This document shows positions 1 through 12,819 of a stretch of DNA of 64,000 nucleotides, piece after piece. The first letter of the stretch is position 1; each line of letters opens with the position of its first letter. Source of the DNA: Octopus sinensis. Lineage: Eukaryota. The position numbers and the translations under genes are program-made. The stretch is taken from assembly GCF_006345805.1 (NCBI RefSeq), contig NC_042999.1, forward strand, positions 86,366,001 to 86,430,000, given 5' to 3'. The notes beneath the pieces are model-generated. The model searched no databases and had not been told where the DNA came from. It saw only the letters and a program-made list of their open reading frames with translations.

Positions 1-1402
1 ATCTATGGAACTGTCTTCAGTTTCTTCATTTTTCCTCCTTATTCTACTTTTCCTTCTATAAATAATTTATGCCATTATTCTGAATCAACAGATATTTAAT
101 AAACAAATTGACATGCCAAACCGAGTTACATTGTGACTAATACTAAAATTACTTGTACTGGCTCAGGTTCAAAGGTTACTGGAAATAGTTCATTAAAAAG
201 AAATAAACTTAATTTATCCATGATTCAACTTTACATGTAATTTTATAATTTGTGATTTCCCTCATAAAAACAGAAATTAATTTCTTATCTGCTCATTTAA
301 GTATGTTTTGTTACGCAATCCCAATGTTAACCATTGTCTTTGAATAAATAAATAAATAAAAACACTGAACCTATTAGATAGTGAAACAGGCAAGTATCTG
401 AAGATACCCATCAAATTAGGAATTCAAAGTTGGGTTCGGTGGAAAACTCTAATTAGATTTTATGCTGTATGAATTCGATGATAACAAAGAAGACTGGCAT
501 GATAAACATGTCGATATATTATTTTTAGGGCTAGTAATACTTCTATGTTCTGTTATCTGTATATTTATTTCTGTTTAGTGACACTTCCTCTGACCCATGT
601 TTCATTTTACGTCATCCATTTTAAATATATCTTATCAGATGCTGCACTTGTTTCACTGACCATAAATGATTTCTGTTTACCTATTGTATTACATTTCATA
701 TCTTGAATTAAGATGAAATCTGATGTAACTCTAGTTAGAATTTCAGAGGGTAGTCATTCTTTTATGAACATTAGGTTTTCTCAGGTGATCATTGGTCGTA
801 AAATCTTTGGGTGAAGATAAGGCATTTTCATTTGTTTATTTATTAAAGCACTATCTTTCATTTGATCTTCAATGACATTAGACAGTAATTTGACATGATC
901 ATTTCGCCTGTGTTACTGCTGAAGTTATTTGATATGTATCTAGTTTATATTCTTTCTGCGTGACGATATGTGACGAGCGTTTCAAAACAATGTGTTGGTA
1001 CTGCCTTTATATTCAAACGGAAATAGCCACATGTATCCAATTTCTTCTATAGCTGCAGACTTCACTAACTTTCTACGCAATCTCGTAAACACATTTATAC
1101 ACACAAAAGATGTCCTTGTGTGTTTTGTGAGTAATGCATGAGGAAGCACTTATATTTTATAGTGCTTACTTACTTTAACAAAAGTCCAATATATTACTTT
1201 CTAATTTTAATTGTTCAAGACAAAGAGAAAAAATTGTTAAAAACAAGTAATTTGCTTAAATAAATACATCAAATGTTTAATATACTACATATTTTCAAAA
1301 TACATAGGCATCTCAGTTAATATTTTTATCATTTCTATTAAAGATTTCCTCGCCCCAGTTCATAAGTTTGGATTTGATGATATCTAAGCGGGTGAGTTAC
1401 AT

Positions 1403-1443
<41 letters not shown>

Positions 1444-1968
1444 ATCTCTGTTAGATGTCAACCCATCGTTGGTATAGGAACAGAATTAACAAGTATCCTG
1501 TCAATGTTACAGTATTACTATTCATCCATCAATAGATTCTACCAGTCTGTCTCAGACGTCTATCTAAGTAGACTGTATCGACTCGGTTGACTTCACAACA
1601 AACAATTACAGATAACGGAACACCAGCCTTTCATCCATTTGTCCGGTACACTACAGGGTTTTCTCCGGTGGTATTCAGGAAATGATAAATTATGAAAGGC
1701 AAATTGCTAGCCGTTTTAAAATGAAATTTTGCTTGAATAATTTTGCTAAACACATAAAATAATTTACCATTTTCTTGTCCTGAACATATTTGTTAATCAA
1801 CAATGTGATTATATAGTCTAACTCATTATAGTTTAATAATGATGCTTTTCATTTTCATGTGGAATCCACTTTACAACCAGGTTGCATGATAATATTAATG
1901 ATAATACGACCTGGCTGTATTTAGAAAATATTTCTGTCGAAGTGTGATATTGACTTTACTACTTTGAG

Positions 1969-2079
1969 TTCGAACCCTTGAATGGAATATAAAAATATGA
2001 AAATACAGGAAATGTAATTTGTTTCGAACCCTTGAATGGAATATAAAAATATGAAAATACAGGAAATGTAATTTGTTTC
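1969..2079. repeat. Perfect 54-bp tandem duplication
   Basis: ttcgaacccttgaatgg...aatttgt starts at 1969 and again at 2023. Confidence 0.95.
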
Positions 2080-3827
2080 CAAAGATGTACTGGAATAAAC
2101 GAAATTGAAATAAACAGCATTCATATTTATCTTTCAATTTACTCAGGCGTAGTAAAAAGAACATAAAACATATAATAGAATGTAGATTGAATAAATGAAT
2201 GAATTTTTATTGTTGATGTTATTGTTTCGCTCTATTTTCACGAACACCACCATTTCAATTTTACTTGCTTTTACAGTTTTCTAAGACGGCGTGACTATGT
2301 CAGAAACAATTATTCTGTCTTACCGAAAGTTACATTTTATCATGCATCTCTTACTAAAGATTAGAAATCTTGCTAGCTCTAAATGAATATTTCAAGGTGT
2401 CATTTTTAGAAAGCGGACAGGCTACTGGGATAGCAGAGATAACCTATGTTGACCCAGAGATTTGGCTAACTACGTTCGAGACAAACCATACAAAGGTCAA
2501 ATCATTGCGAAGAAGGATCAGGTCATGAGATGGAGATACCTGAAAATTATACATCTCCTGTACTACTTACTGTGAATAAGAACTTTATATCGCTTACAAA
2601 GCTAACATGAATGCCAACAGATCCTTACTGTCAATTAGTTTTATAACTGTGAAAGATAGTGGCTGTCAATTTGAAATCAGATAAGATTTTGATTATTGCG
2701 GTAGTAGTATGTCATTTTATAAATACCTAAACGGAACATTAACATGTCGAATAGCTTTCAGTAAGTTCACAAAAGTGAAATAGTTTCTGCTGTTTCATCG
2801 AGACAGAATGAAAATCAATTAGATACACTCTATGCCTAAAATGTGTAGCTTTGTATTAAACTGAGAAACTTTTTTTAAAACTTGATGATAAATGACCGAA
2901 TCAATGAAGTGTCTAACAATATTGCTTTACATTATTTTATATGTCCTTTTATATTGTAAGTTCAGATATTGTTAAGGTCGACATTGTATTTTATCTCCGT
3001 AAGGCTGAGAAAAAAGTAAGTCAAATATATGTGGCCAAATATATTTGTGTATAGTCTTGTGTTAATGATAAAAATAATAGGTAATTTCTGTTAAAGATTT
3101 ACTTATTTTTTGGTTTCTATTAAAAGTATTTACAGTTGCCGATATTTACTTCTGACCTATATAGTCATAAGGTCAGAGCTAATTCGCATTTTCAAGGTAT
3201 TCGGACTGAGAGTACAAGGTCTGCAACTTTAATCTACTTCTGGGTATCACAGACACTCATTTTTAGCTGAGTGCACCGTGTTAACGTGAAACAAAATGTC
3301 TTGATGAAAAATCGAATCCAACACCTAACGATCCTGAGACCAAAATCTCAGCCAATATTCCATCTACCTTCACGGTTGCGTGACAAGCTTTCAAAGTAAA
3401 AACATTAGCATTCATTTACTCAATATTTTAAGTGACTTCATATTCTGTGAGTGTTCCCCACGATCTGTAAAGATTTCAATTGAAGTAGTATTTCGACTCA
3501 AGATTTACTGATATACATACATGTATGTATGTATGTATGTATGTATGTATGTATGTATGTATGTATGTATGTATGTATGTATTTATGTATGTGTGAATGA
3601 ATGTGTGTATGTGTGTGTGTGTGAGAGAGTATGCATGGAGGTGTATATATGTATATTGACAAATACAAAGTGAGAAAAATTTATTGGCATAAACTTATAT
3701 CAATCGGTGCATACATACTGGAATTTTAACAGGTTTTTGATTATCTGTTTCTAATCAATAGAATTTTCCCATAGAAACTATTTTGTATATTATACCTATA
3801 ATTATCATTTGTTGATTGTTACTCCAG

Positions 3828-3878
3828 ATATTGAACACAAAAATATTTTGCTAAAGCAGCTGCGGAATTTAGAACAAG
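3828..3878 (+). CDS. Possible 51-bp internal exon of an unidentified host gene
   Basis: ttactccAG acceptor, aagGTaatt donor, length divisible by 3, open frame (D)IEHKNILLKQLRNLEQ; no homology recognised. Confidence 0.2.
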
Positions 3879-4903
3879 GTAATTGTCTTGTCAGCTAGTG
3901 CTTTAAACTACTTATCAGATGGTCACTGATTCAACTTTTCTTTGGAAGAAGAGTAGTTTTAGGACGTCTGGTTTTCTTTTCTTAACCTATTCCTGTCATT
4001 CAGAAGGGAAAAAAAATCTTCCTCACATTCATTTTTTATCAAGTAAATCCAGATTATGAAGCTACAAATGTTGACGTTTACCTGTACGTGTTTAACAAGG
4101 AAAGTGGAAATTGCAACAAATATATCGAATGAATAGAGAGACAGTTGCAAACGTACAGAAATCTAACCACTAGATGCCTTCTTTTATTTTATGCAAGTAT
4201 CGTGTAGTGACCATTTGCGATGATTGTAATGACATAAAAACAAATGGGATACAGAATAGTCCTGTGATCACAGTATTTTATTTAATTGAACATAAAATCT
4301 AAATTCGATGTTTGATAATCACAAATAAATGATTGTTATTTACGCTAGTAAACCTATGAATTGCATACATTGATTAATCCACCTAGTTGGTTATTCTCAA
4401 AAAACAAAAAAAGAAAATCTGAGTTATTTTCGACCTTTCGTCACATGTCAAAACCTCTTTTTAACATTAAATGCATCTTCCTGTTGCTTGCGATGTTTTG
4501 AATAATTAACTGTTATTTATTCTCTTATTGCCACTAGTGTTTACAATCGTCGAACTCGGAATAGCTGTTTGTAACCTTTATGCATGGATTTATAATTTTA
4601 CTTAACACACACGGACAAACAACATATAGACACACACTCATGCAAATCTAATTTCATTATCATCCGGTCGTGCTTATTGCACGGCTTGCTGTGACTCGTT
4701 CACGCTATTCTGTTCGGTCTGCCATTGCACAGGGTAGGTCTTTTCGGTTGCATTCGGAGTCCTCCCACAGTTGCTTTATATAACTTCAATGTGGTCTGCA
4801 ACATTTGCTGCGGTTCTGTCAAATCCAATTTACGTGTAAAGTATTCCAAACATTTTCCATTCGCATTTCTGGCAATGATAACATACATGATTACTTATGA
4901 TCA

Positions 4904-4937
<34 letters not shown>

Positions 4938-4959
4938 CAACAATAACAACAATAATATA

Positions 4960-5506
4960 TGCCCTGATGCAGTACCATTCAGTGGCACTCATGGCTTTTG
5001 ATATTAAATGATCGCAAGTGTTATCATGTACATTGTTTTGTCTTGTTATAAAAGCTGGGCTACAGCAAATATTCTGCTCAATACAACAGATTTGCTTGTT
5101 AGTTGCCTGACCTTAACCAGTTGAACATGTCCCTTAGTGGCTGACAATATCTCTAATCACGAGCCAAAATTGTGGGGGAACATCATAGCCATGTTGAGAG
5201 GAATTCTTTGGGATTTGAATAATTCATCTCTGGAAACATGATTGTTTTGTTCATCATTCTTAAATAAATCTTATTCAGGGACCTTTTGAGCGGGATGGGC
5301 TACTTGACCAGAAGAAAATTCTAACTGGGCCCCACCTGCAGGGTCATGCGCTGTTTATCTTGATATGAGATCACCACGTCGCGCTCATATGGTTGTGATG
5401 CATGCGCATGGAGTACCCTTATCCGACGGGTAGTCAGGATAGGTATTCTGGGTTTCGTATATTTTACCCCAGTGTCACTTTGATGGCATGCACTGCTCTC
5501 TCACTC
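4960..5506 (+). mobile_element. ~550-bp non-coding TAA-associated repeat, copy A (putative non-autonomous Dong/R4 passenger)
   Basis: Aligns by eye to 6589-6805, 23529-24050 (rc) and 52595-53144 (rc); ends directly in (TAA)n. Confidence 0.85.
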
Positions 5507-5544
5507 AATAATAATAATAATAATCATAATAATAATAATAATAC

Positions 5545-6552
5545 ATTTGCCTGGACTGTATCGAAGCAGAGGCAAAAAGCTTAGGGTGGTATATAAAAAA
5601 TTTCCGTGAAGCCACTGTTGAAACACGAAGAAGGCTGGCGTCATCAAAACTGAAAATTGTGTAACGAAAGAAAAATTTAAACAAGAAATGAACAAATAAA
5701 AAGAAAAAGCATGGAAGGATAAATAATATACGGTCAGTTTGCAAGAGATGTAAACGCCAAGACAAATACAAAGGTTTTTGGATGAGGAGGAGTGACCTGA
5801 AGGTAGAGACAGAAGTACTCATATGCGCAGCTCAGGAACAAGCCCATCTTTTATACCAAGTGCAGAATAGACAACATTGCCGATAGCGACAAATGCAGAA
5901 TATGTGATGAGAGGGGTGAAACGATATGACACATCGTTAGCGAATGCCCGAAATTGGCACAACGCGAATACAAAACAAGCCATGACAATGTGGCAAGAAT
6001 GATCCATTGGAAGCTCTCTGGAAATCACGGCCTACAAAGAGCAAAGACATGGTATGAGCAAACTCCAGAAACAATCAACGAAAATGAGAATTGCAAAATC
6101 CTGTGGGATGCAATGATCCAGTGCGATCACCCGACCAGACATCGGAAACTGGACATCGTTGCGGTGAATAAAAAAGAAAGAACATGTATGATAATCGACA
6201 TAGCATGCTCCGGTGACAACAGGATCAATGTGAGAGTAGAAGACAAAGTAAACAACTATGACGATTTAAAGTGGGAAATACGAAGGTTGCCGTCAATGAA
6301 GAGAGTAGTCGTGATACCAATAGTAATTGGTGCACTTGGAAGTATCAGCACTCAACTACCAATATAGCTGAAAAAAGATTGGTGGAAGTGTGAAGGTAGA
6401 ATACCTACAAAATCAGCATTGCTTGGAACTGAAAGAATTCTGCGCAGAGTTCTTGAAGCATGACCAGTAAACAAGTGTCACCTTAGTCTACTGGCTGTGG
6501 ACAGCTGACACTTTCCATCATACCCAGCAAAATAAGCTGTAAGTTTTCATAT
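5545..6552 (+). mobile_element. 5'-truncated R4/Dong-type non-LTR retrotransposon (CCHC + restriction-like endonuclease), degraded
   Basis: ICAAQEQA, CRICDERGETI*HIVSEC (CX2CX7HX4C), ILWD..IQCD..RKLDIV..IIDIA..K..Y..L, PIVIGALG, ALLGTERILRRVLE*; (TAA)n on both sides. Confidence 0.9.
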
Positions 6553-6556
6553 GATA

Positions 6557-6587
<31 letters not shown>

Positions 6588-6588
6588 T

Positions 6589-6805
6589 TGCCCAGATGCA
6601 GTACCAGGCAGTGGCTCTCATGGCTGTTGATATTAACTGATTGGAAGTGTTATCATGTACATTGTTTTGTCTTGGTATAAAAGATGGGCTACAGCAAATA
6701 TTCTGCTCAATACCACAGATTTGCTTGTCAGTTGTTTGACCATAACCAGTTGAGCATGTCCCTTAGTGGCTGACGATATGTGCATCTCTGATCATGAGCA
6801 GAAGA
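6589..6805 (+). mobile_element. ~550-bp TAA-associated repeat, copy B (5' part only)
   Basis: Matches 4960-5170; follows the (TAA)n tail of the Dong fragment. Confidence 0.85.
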
Positions 6806-6948
6806 GACCATCCAAAGCAAGCGATTTACTCCTCGGGAATTTAGCTATCGCTTCCCTTATTTCAGCAGCATTTATCGGCCTTTTGCAACACTCCACCTCT
6901 ATCGTTGAAAGCTGCGGCAATCTGTCGAAGTAGTAAGGGAAGTCCATG
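6806..6948 (-). mobile_element. Tx1/L1-like ORF2 fragment
   Basis: Minus strand reads DRLPQLSTIEVECCKRPINAAEIREAIAKFPRSKSLALDGL, like the L1/Tx1 pre-RT motif (PI..EI..A...KSPG.DG). Confidence 0.65.
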
Positions 6949-6949
6949 C

Positions 6950-7170
6950 ATAATAATAATAATTATTATAATTATAATTATAATAATAATAATAATTATA
7001 ATAATTATAATTATAATAATAATAATAATAATTATAATAATAATAATTATAATAATAATGATAATAATAATAGTTTTGTGATTTATAATAATAATAATTT
7101 TTATTATCATTATCATATTATTATCATTGTTGTTGTTATCATTATTATTATCATAATCTTGTCATCATTA

Positions 7171-7222
<52 letters not shown>
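6950..7222. repeat. (TAA)n then (TTA)n compound microsatellite
   Basis: Direct reading. Confidence 0.95.
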
Positions 7223-7223
<1 letters not shown>

Positions 7224-7878
7224 TAAATTTTCTGTTGTTGTTGTCGTTGTTGATGTTGTTATCTACATCATCCTATGGAGGGGATGGTGCCTCACATTTC
7301 AAATGTTGCCACATTTCTGAATATAGAGTCAAGTAACTAGCAAATCGTCGGTTGTCAAGTTTACAGCTGCATTCAGCCTCCAGCTGTCTTCAATTACGCA
7401 GCCACCGAAGTCTCAGGTGTATACGTCAGTCTGTACAAACATCAACACAACAAACATCGTGCACAGCCTTCAATAGGCGTCTATCGTGCAAGTGTTTATT
7501 TATTGTTTTTAGTGCAGAAATGGACTCTGAATGAAATAGGCACTAACCTGTTCTCACATTAGAGAACTCGAGTGTTTGGCACAAACAACCCGTTCTATCA
7601 TTCCAAATATATAATAGCTGTAATGTTCTCTCCTACCATTTACTTGAAAAGGTTCGCTTTCTGCTCTTAACAGCGTTCTCATTACATGAGTGGAAGCATT
7701 TTAAGTCCCTGATGTTCTCCAGGTGATTTCAGTATTTACTGAAAAGCCATGTACTAATGTTTAATAAGTTTGCAAATAGCCACTAATAAGATGGACATGG
7801 CGTGTGGCTGTTTTTACTTCTTATATAGGTAGTAAGTTTTTATTGTCTGGAACCATTTCAGCTTTCTTAATAAAGAAA

Positions 7879-7945
7879 AAAATCATCATCCTTAGCGGTT
7901 TCTGAAATGAAAATCATCATCCTTAGAGGTTTCTGAAATGAAAAT
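7879..7945. repeat. 31-bp tandem duplication
   Basis: aaaatcatcatccttagMggtttctgaaatg x2. Confidence 0.9.
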
Positions 7946-8077
7946 ATGTAATAGGTTATCTGACAGTACTAGGGTTCTTATATGATAGATTTCTGGAAAT
8001 CTCGTGCATAATCAAGATCAATTAATTTTATTGTTGTTACATTGTGCTGATCTTAACTGCGTCGTGGATTAATACCG

Positions 8078-8290
8078 ATTTCAAATTATGGCACAAGATC
8101 AGTAAGTCCGAGGGCCTAGGTTAGTCGATTAAATTGACCCCAATGTTCAACTAGTACGTATCTTATCGACTCCGAAAGGATGAAAGACAAAGTCGACCTC
8201 GGAGGAATTTGAACTCAGAACGTAAAGATGTACGAAATGCCGTTGAGCATTTTGCCCGGATTGCTAACGATTCTGCCAGCTCGCTACCTT
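8078..8290 (-). mobile_element. tRNA-derived SINE, family 1 (Meta/MESC-like core)
   Basis: rc of ggcgagctggcagaatcgttagc...gagttcaaattcc...gactttgcctttcatcctttcggggtcgata...agtacc; ~20 copies in the window. Confidence 0.85.
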
Positions 8291-8505
8291 ACGTCGGTGA
8301 TTAATATTGCTTTACACATCTTGAAAGGAACTATTTAGCCATAATTCTGCTGTATTATTGATTATTAACAAAGGTAAAACATCTCATATTTCTTGGGAGC
8401 TGGGTTGTCGATAAAAGAAAGTATCAAATGTACCAGTTTTTGATTTTGACTGCGACTTTATTGCACCGACTAATGTTTACATAACGTCGTTCTGTTCACT
8501 GGTTA

Positions 8506-8665
8506 GAAAGATAAACAAGTTTTAAACGTAACTGCATTGAATAAGCGATCATACAGCTCATAACATCTAGTATATCAGTGAATGTGAAAGATAAACAAGT
8601 TTTAAACGTAACTGCATTGAATAAGCGATCATACAGCTCATAACATCTAGTATATCAGTGAATGT
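8506..8665. repeat. Perfect 80-bp tandem duplication
   Basis: gaaagataaacaag...cagtgaatgt at 8506 and 8586. Confidence 0.95.
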
Positions 8666-8848
8666 ATAAGATAATGAAATGGACAACGATCTTATTCTAT
8701 ATTTAAATTTAACTTGAATAACTGTTTAGAGCCAAGGAATCAAAACTGGAGATGTTAGTACAAGCCGAGAAATAAATACTTTTCAGTTAGAGCAGTCAAC
8801 TATTAGCAATATGTAACATATTTGTTAATATCAAGCATCTGTAAAGCA

Positions 8849-9050
8849 ACGAGTCAGCAGAATCGTTAGCACGCCGAGCGAAACACTTAACGGCATTTCG
8901 TCCGTCTTTACGTTCTGAGTTCGAATCCCGTTGAGGTCGACTTTCATAACTTCGGGTTCGATGAAGTAAGTATCAGACGTGCACTGGTATCGATGTAATC
9001 GACTTGGCACTACCCCGAAATTGCTGGTCTTGTGCCAACATTTGAAAACT
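8849..9050 (+). mobile_element. SINE family 1
   Basis: Same head, B box gagttcgaatccc, core and tail A. Confidence 0.8.
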
Positions 9051-9967
9051 ATATCGAGCATCTGTGATTCAAAGATGACAATCCTTTGAAGATGGACATG
9101 TTACAGGCTTAATAAAACATTTCAAATCCAGATTTTAAGTCAAGAAGATCATGATTAGTAAATAAAACTTCCCTATCCAGCTATCATTGGAATCGCTTGC
9201 ATATCAGAACTAATTTTAGCTTTGTATCTCTGTGTAATTCATTCCTTGCAATCAAAGCTTGCTTATGAAACGCTGTCAGTATCTTTCATCGGTAGATTGA
9301 TAAGATGTTTAGTGAAAAAAAGAATGATCACAAAGCAATTGACATTTAGTTGCTTTGAGTATTTACAACTTTATATCTTTGCTTTAGTGTTTAAGAAAAA
9401 TTTATTCCCGAGATAATTTGGATATACAGTAGATATTTAGTTACACCCTTTCTTGTGTAATGCGAGGCCGGTAAATGTAGCAATAAATCTCGCTCTATCA
9501 TAAGTCAACTTCCTAGAAGCCTTGAAGAGTTACGTATCTTGCCAAACAACATGACACATCTCTACAAAGAAATATGGCGTCGAAATAGAAAATTCATTGT
9601 AAACGAAACTGTTAGTGCAGTTTAGAATATAAAACCAACTACTGTATAAAGACAAAACAAAAGAAACTTTAAACATAAATATTATTTATTCATATTGCAA
9701 GGAAATAAAAACTCGTGGAATGAGCTATTAATGCTCTTTTTTTTGCTAGCAGTTTGTCTCTCAACTAGATCTAGGTTAAAGATATAAAAGAAACGAGACT
9801 GCTCCCGCAATTCTGTTTTGGGCAGGGAAAGTAATAACCAAGGTCACAATTTGGTTATAATGTAGAGTAGAGAAAAATACAGAATATCTACCAAAACACG
9901 AAAAATGGATATATACATTTAGTTAACAAATTATTATTGGTTTCATCTTCAAGGGTTATATATGTTT

Positions 9968-9969
<2 letters not shown>

Positions 9970-10039
<70 letters not shown>

Positions 10040-10275
10040 CTATATATATATATATTATATATATATATATGCTATATATATTCACATTTATATATATATA
10101 TATATGTATGCTATATATATTCACATTTATATATATATATAATATATATATATGCTATATATATCACATTTATATATATATATATATATATATATATGCT
10201 ATATATATTCACATTTATATATATATATATATATATGCGCTATATATATTCACATTTATATATATATATATATAA
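9970..10275. repeat. TA-based minisatellite with repeated gctatatatattcacattt unit
   Basis: About five copies of the unit separated by (TA)n. Confidence 0.85.
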
Positions 10276-10373
10276 CATTATATAAGGCCAACTCTGGAAT
10301 TCTTGCAAAAATTGTTAGCCTATTATTTAAATTAAATGGCAGAAACTTTAGCATGCTGCAGAAAATGTTTAAC

Positions 10374-10572
10374 GCGACGAGCTGGCAGAATCGTTAGTAT
10401 GCATAGTGACAATTCATCCAACTTTACGTTCTGAATTCAAATTCCGCCAAGGTCGACTTTGTCTTTCGTCCTTTCGGATTCGATAAAGTAAGTACCAGTT
10501 GAGTCCCGGGGTCAATGTAATCAACTTACCCCTATGCTGAAATTGCTAACATTATGTCAAAATTTGAAACCA
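10374..10572 (+). mobile_element. SINE family 1
   Basis: gcgacgagctggcagaatcgttag...gactttgtctttcgtcctttcgg...agtacc. Confidence 0.8.
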
Positions 10573-10976
10573 ATATGATATGGGCCTAAAATTTTCTTAA
10601 CGGATAATATCTAAGTAAACAATGGATATATTTATACTCTTATGCATTTATGATATCGTAGACATGCAATTTACCAAGCTAGTTACGCAGTTTTGATAAT
10701 TCGCTGCAGTAATTTCATTCAATTTAAGCTCATAATACTTTAAAGTCTACAGTAATGCAGTTTCTTTCCAGTCTCCCTTAAATTTGAGTTCAATAAAATA
10801 TCAATTAATATTTTGAAGATCATAGAAATGAATTTTGATAAATAATGAATTGATATATATATATAGTTGTATTTACATGCATAATGCACGCACAAGCACA
10901 TACACGGGGGTCATAGAAATACACTTCCACATCCGTAGTCACTCAGTCTAACACATGCTTACATGCATATACTTTA

Positions 10977-11022
<46 letters not shown>

Positions 11023-11066
11023 ATGTGTGTGTGTGTGTGTGTGTGGTGTGTGTGTGTGTGTAATTT

Positions 11067-11179
11067 TAGCAGAAGCAACAGAGTGACTCAAGGTCCGAGA
11101 GTTTCATGCGTTGGCTAATTTCATAAGTGTCAACGCATGAAACTCTCAGACCTTGAGTCTCTCTCTGTTACTTCGGCTA
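11067..11179. repeat. ~47-bp-arm inverted repeat between (GT)n and (TAT)n
   Basis: tagcagaagcaacagag..gactcaaggtccgagagtttcatgcgttg pairs with caacgcatgaaactctcagaccttgagtc..ctctgttacttcggcta. Confidence 0.85.
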
Positions 11180-11227
11180 TTATTATTATTACTATTATTA
11201 TTATTATTATTATTGTTATTGTTGTTA

Positions 11228-11564
11228 TATGTTTGACTTTTGCTTTGTATTTGTACAAGTTGACTCCAAGTCTCACCCAAAGACCTCAAGAGACAACAAG
11301 CTAGAAGTTCATGCTGGTGTTATGCCTAGGGTGGCATATATTTGGTTTTGTACATAGTCTTGTTCTAGAGAATGTTTAAGAAAACATAAGAAAATTATGA
11401 GTTTGTTTTAAAATTTGAGATTACATAGAGAGTATTTTACCTAGGATATGGGTAGTTCCTATGAGTATTATCTTTTGAATTTCTGCCATTTTGGGGTTTC
11501 CTGGTATCTGAGCTAGGTAGCAATCAGCCATTTTGCTATCATTCCTAGGTACCTATGACAACAG

Positions 11565-11567
<3 letters not shown>
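11228..11567 (-). mobile_element. R4/Dong-type LINE 3' end
   Basis: PVVIG.LGMIAK..DCYLAQIPGNPKMAEIQKIILIGTTHILGKILSM* plus 3' UTR; TAA tracts on both sides. Confidence 0.85.
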
Positions 11568-11604
<37 letters not shown>

Positions 11605-11619
11605 CATCATCTTATGGAT

Positions 11620-11664
<45 letters not shown>

Positions 11665-11859
11665 ATCCACTTTAAAACTTGAATAGTACGAAAGATCAAT
11701 AGTATTTAGAACTTCACGTATATTGCCGTATATCTTATACGCGCATCATTTGACATGAATCCAGAGTTAGTGCACCTAAAAAATAAGACAAAACATGGGA
11801 GATTATTATAAGATATTTAGTGACACTATACTACGCCCGTTCCATTAAATTAATCATAT

Positions 11860-12273
11860 TCTTTTCTACTCTAAGCGCAAGGTCCGAAATTTTGGGAGAG
11901 GAGGCCAGTCGATTAGATCGACCCCATACGCGACTGGTACTTAATTTATTGACCCCCGAAACGATGGACAGTAAAGTCGACCTCGGCGGAATTTGAACTC
12001 AGAACGAAGCGGCAGACGAAATACCTATTTTTTCACTACCTACAAGGGGCTAAACACAGAGGAGACAAACAAGGACAGGCAGACGGATTAAGTCGATAAT
12101 ATCGACCCAAGTGCGTAACTGGTACTTAATTTAGCGATCCCGAAAGGATGAAAGGCAAAGTCGACCTCGGTGGAATTTGAACTCAGAACGTAGCGGCAGA
12201 TGAAATAGCGGCAGATGAAATAGCGCTAAGCATTTCGCCCAGCGTGCTAACGTTTCTGCCAGCTCGCCGCCTT
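11860..12273 (-). mobile_element. SINE family 1 tandem dimer
   Basis: Tail-B unit joined at 12025/12026 to the internal ggtatttcgtctgcc site of a tail-A unit. Confidence 0.9.
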
Positions 12274-12773
12274 AATTATATAATGTAATTAACATCATTA
12301 AAATGTATTGTCAATTAATCAGAGACTTGTAAATCTTTATGCATGACATTACTGGATTGTTAAACTTTTGATAAAAATAACCACTGTAGAGATAGAGACT
12401 GTCTGTGAAAAATTCAGTTATGAAGGCTGTTTATATTTAGGATTTGGTGAGAGAAAGTTACATAAATAAAAGAAAAGTTGATAGACAGGAGATTAAATGT
12501 GGTCGATGAGGTGAATGAAAGAGATAAAAAGGCTATGTGCCTAATTACTTTATCGGGGCGATACTAGAGGGTAAGGGGTACATAGATACATAAAATTAGG
12601 GACCAATATATGTTATCCATTTATTTATGTATCATATGTACCGATACATACTTATGCACAAAAACATATTCATATGTGTGTGTATATATATATATATATA
12701 TATGGCAGACGAATTTCGTCTGCTACAATCTACGTGTATTCTATATATCGTAGCTGTATGATTTGACTGGTGC

Positions 12774-12819
12774 TTCCTTCTGATGAGGTCCATTAGGCCG
12801 AACTCACGTGATGTGGGAA
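12774..12819 (+). ncRNA. Degenerate minimal type I hammerhead-like motif in a short TA-flanked repeat (12704-12850)
   Basis: ttcctt CTGATGA ggtc-catta-ggcc GAA c tcacgtga(palindrome) tgt gggaa; one A missing from GAAA. Confidence 0.5.

Noticed and set aside
2398-2575. Frame with an in-frame TGA after Cys (selenoprotein?)
   Set aside because: No recognisable family or SECIS; a decayed repeat is equally likely.
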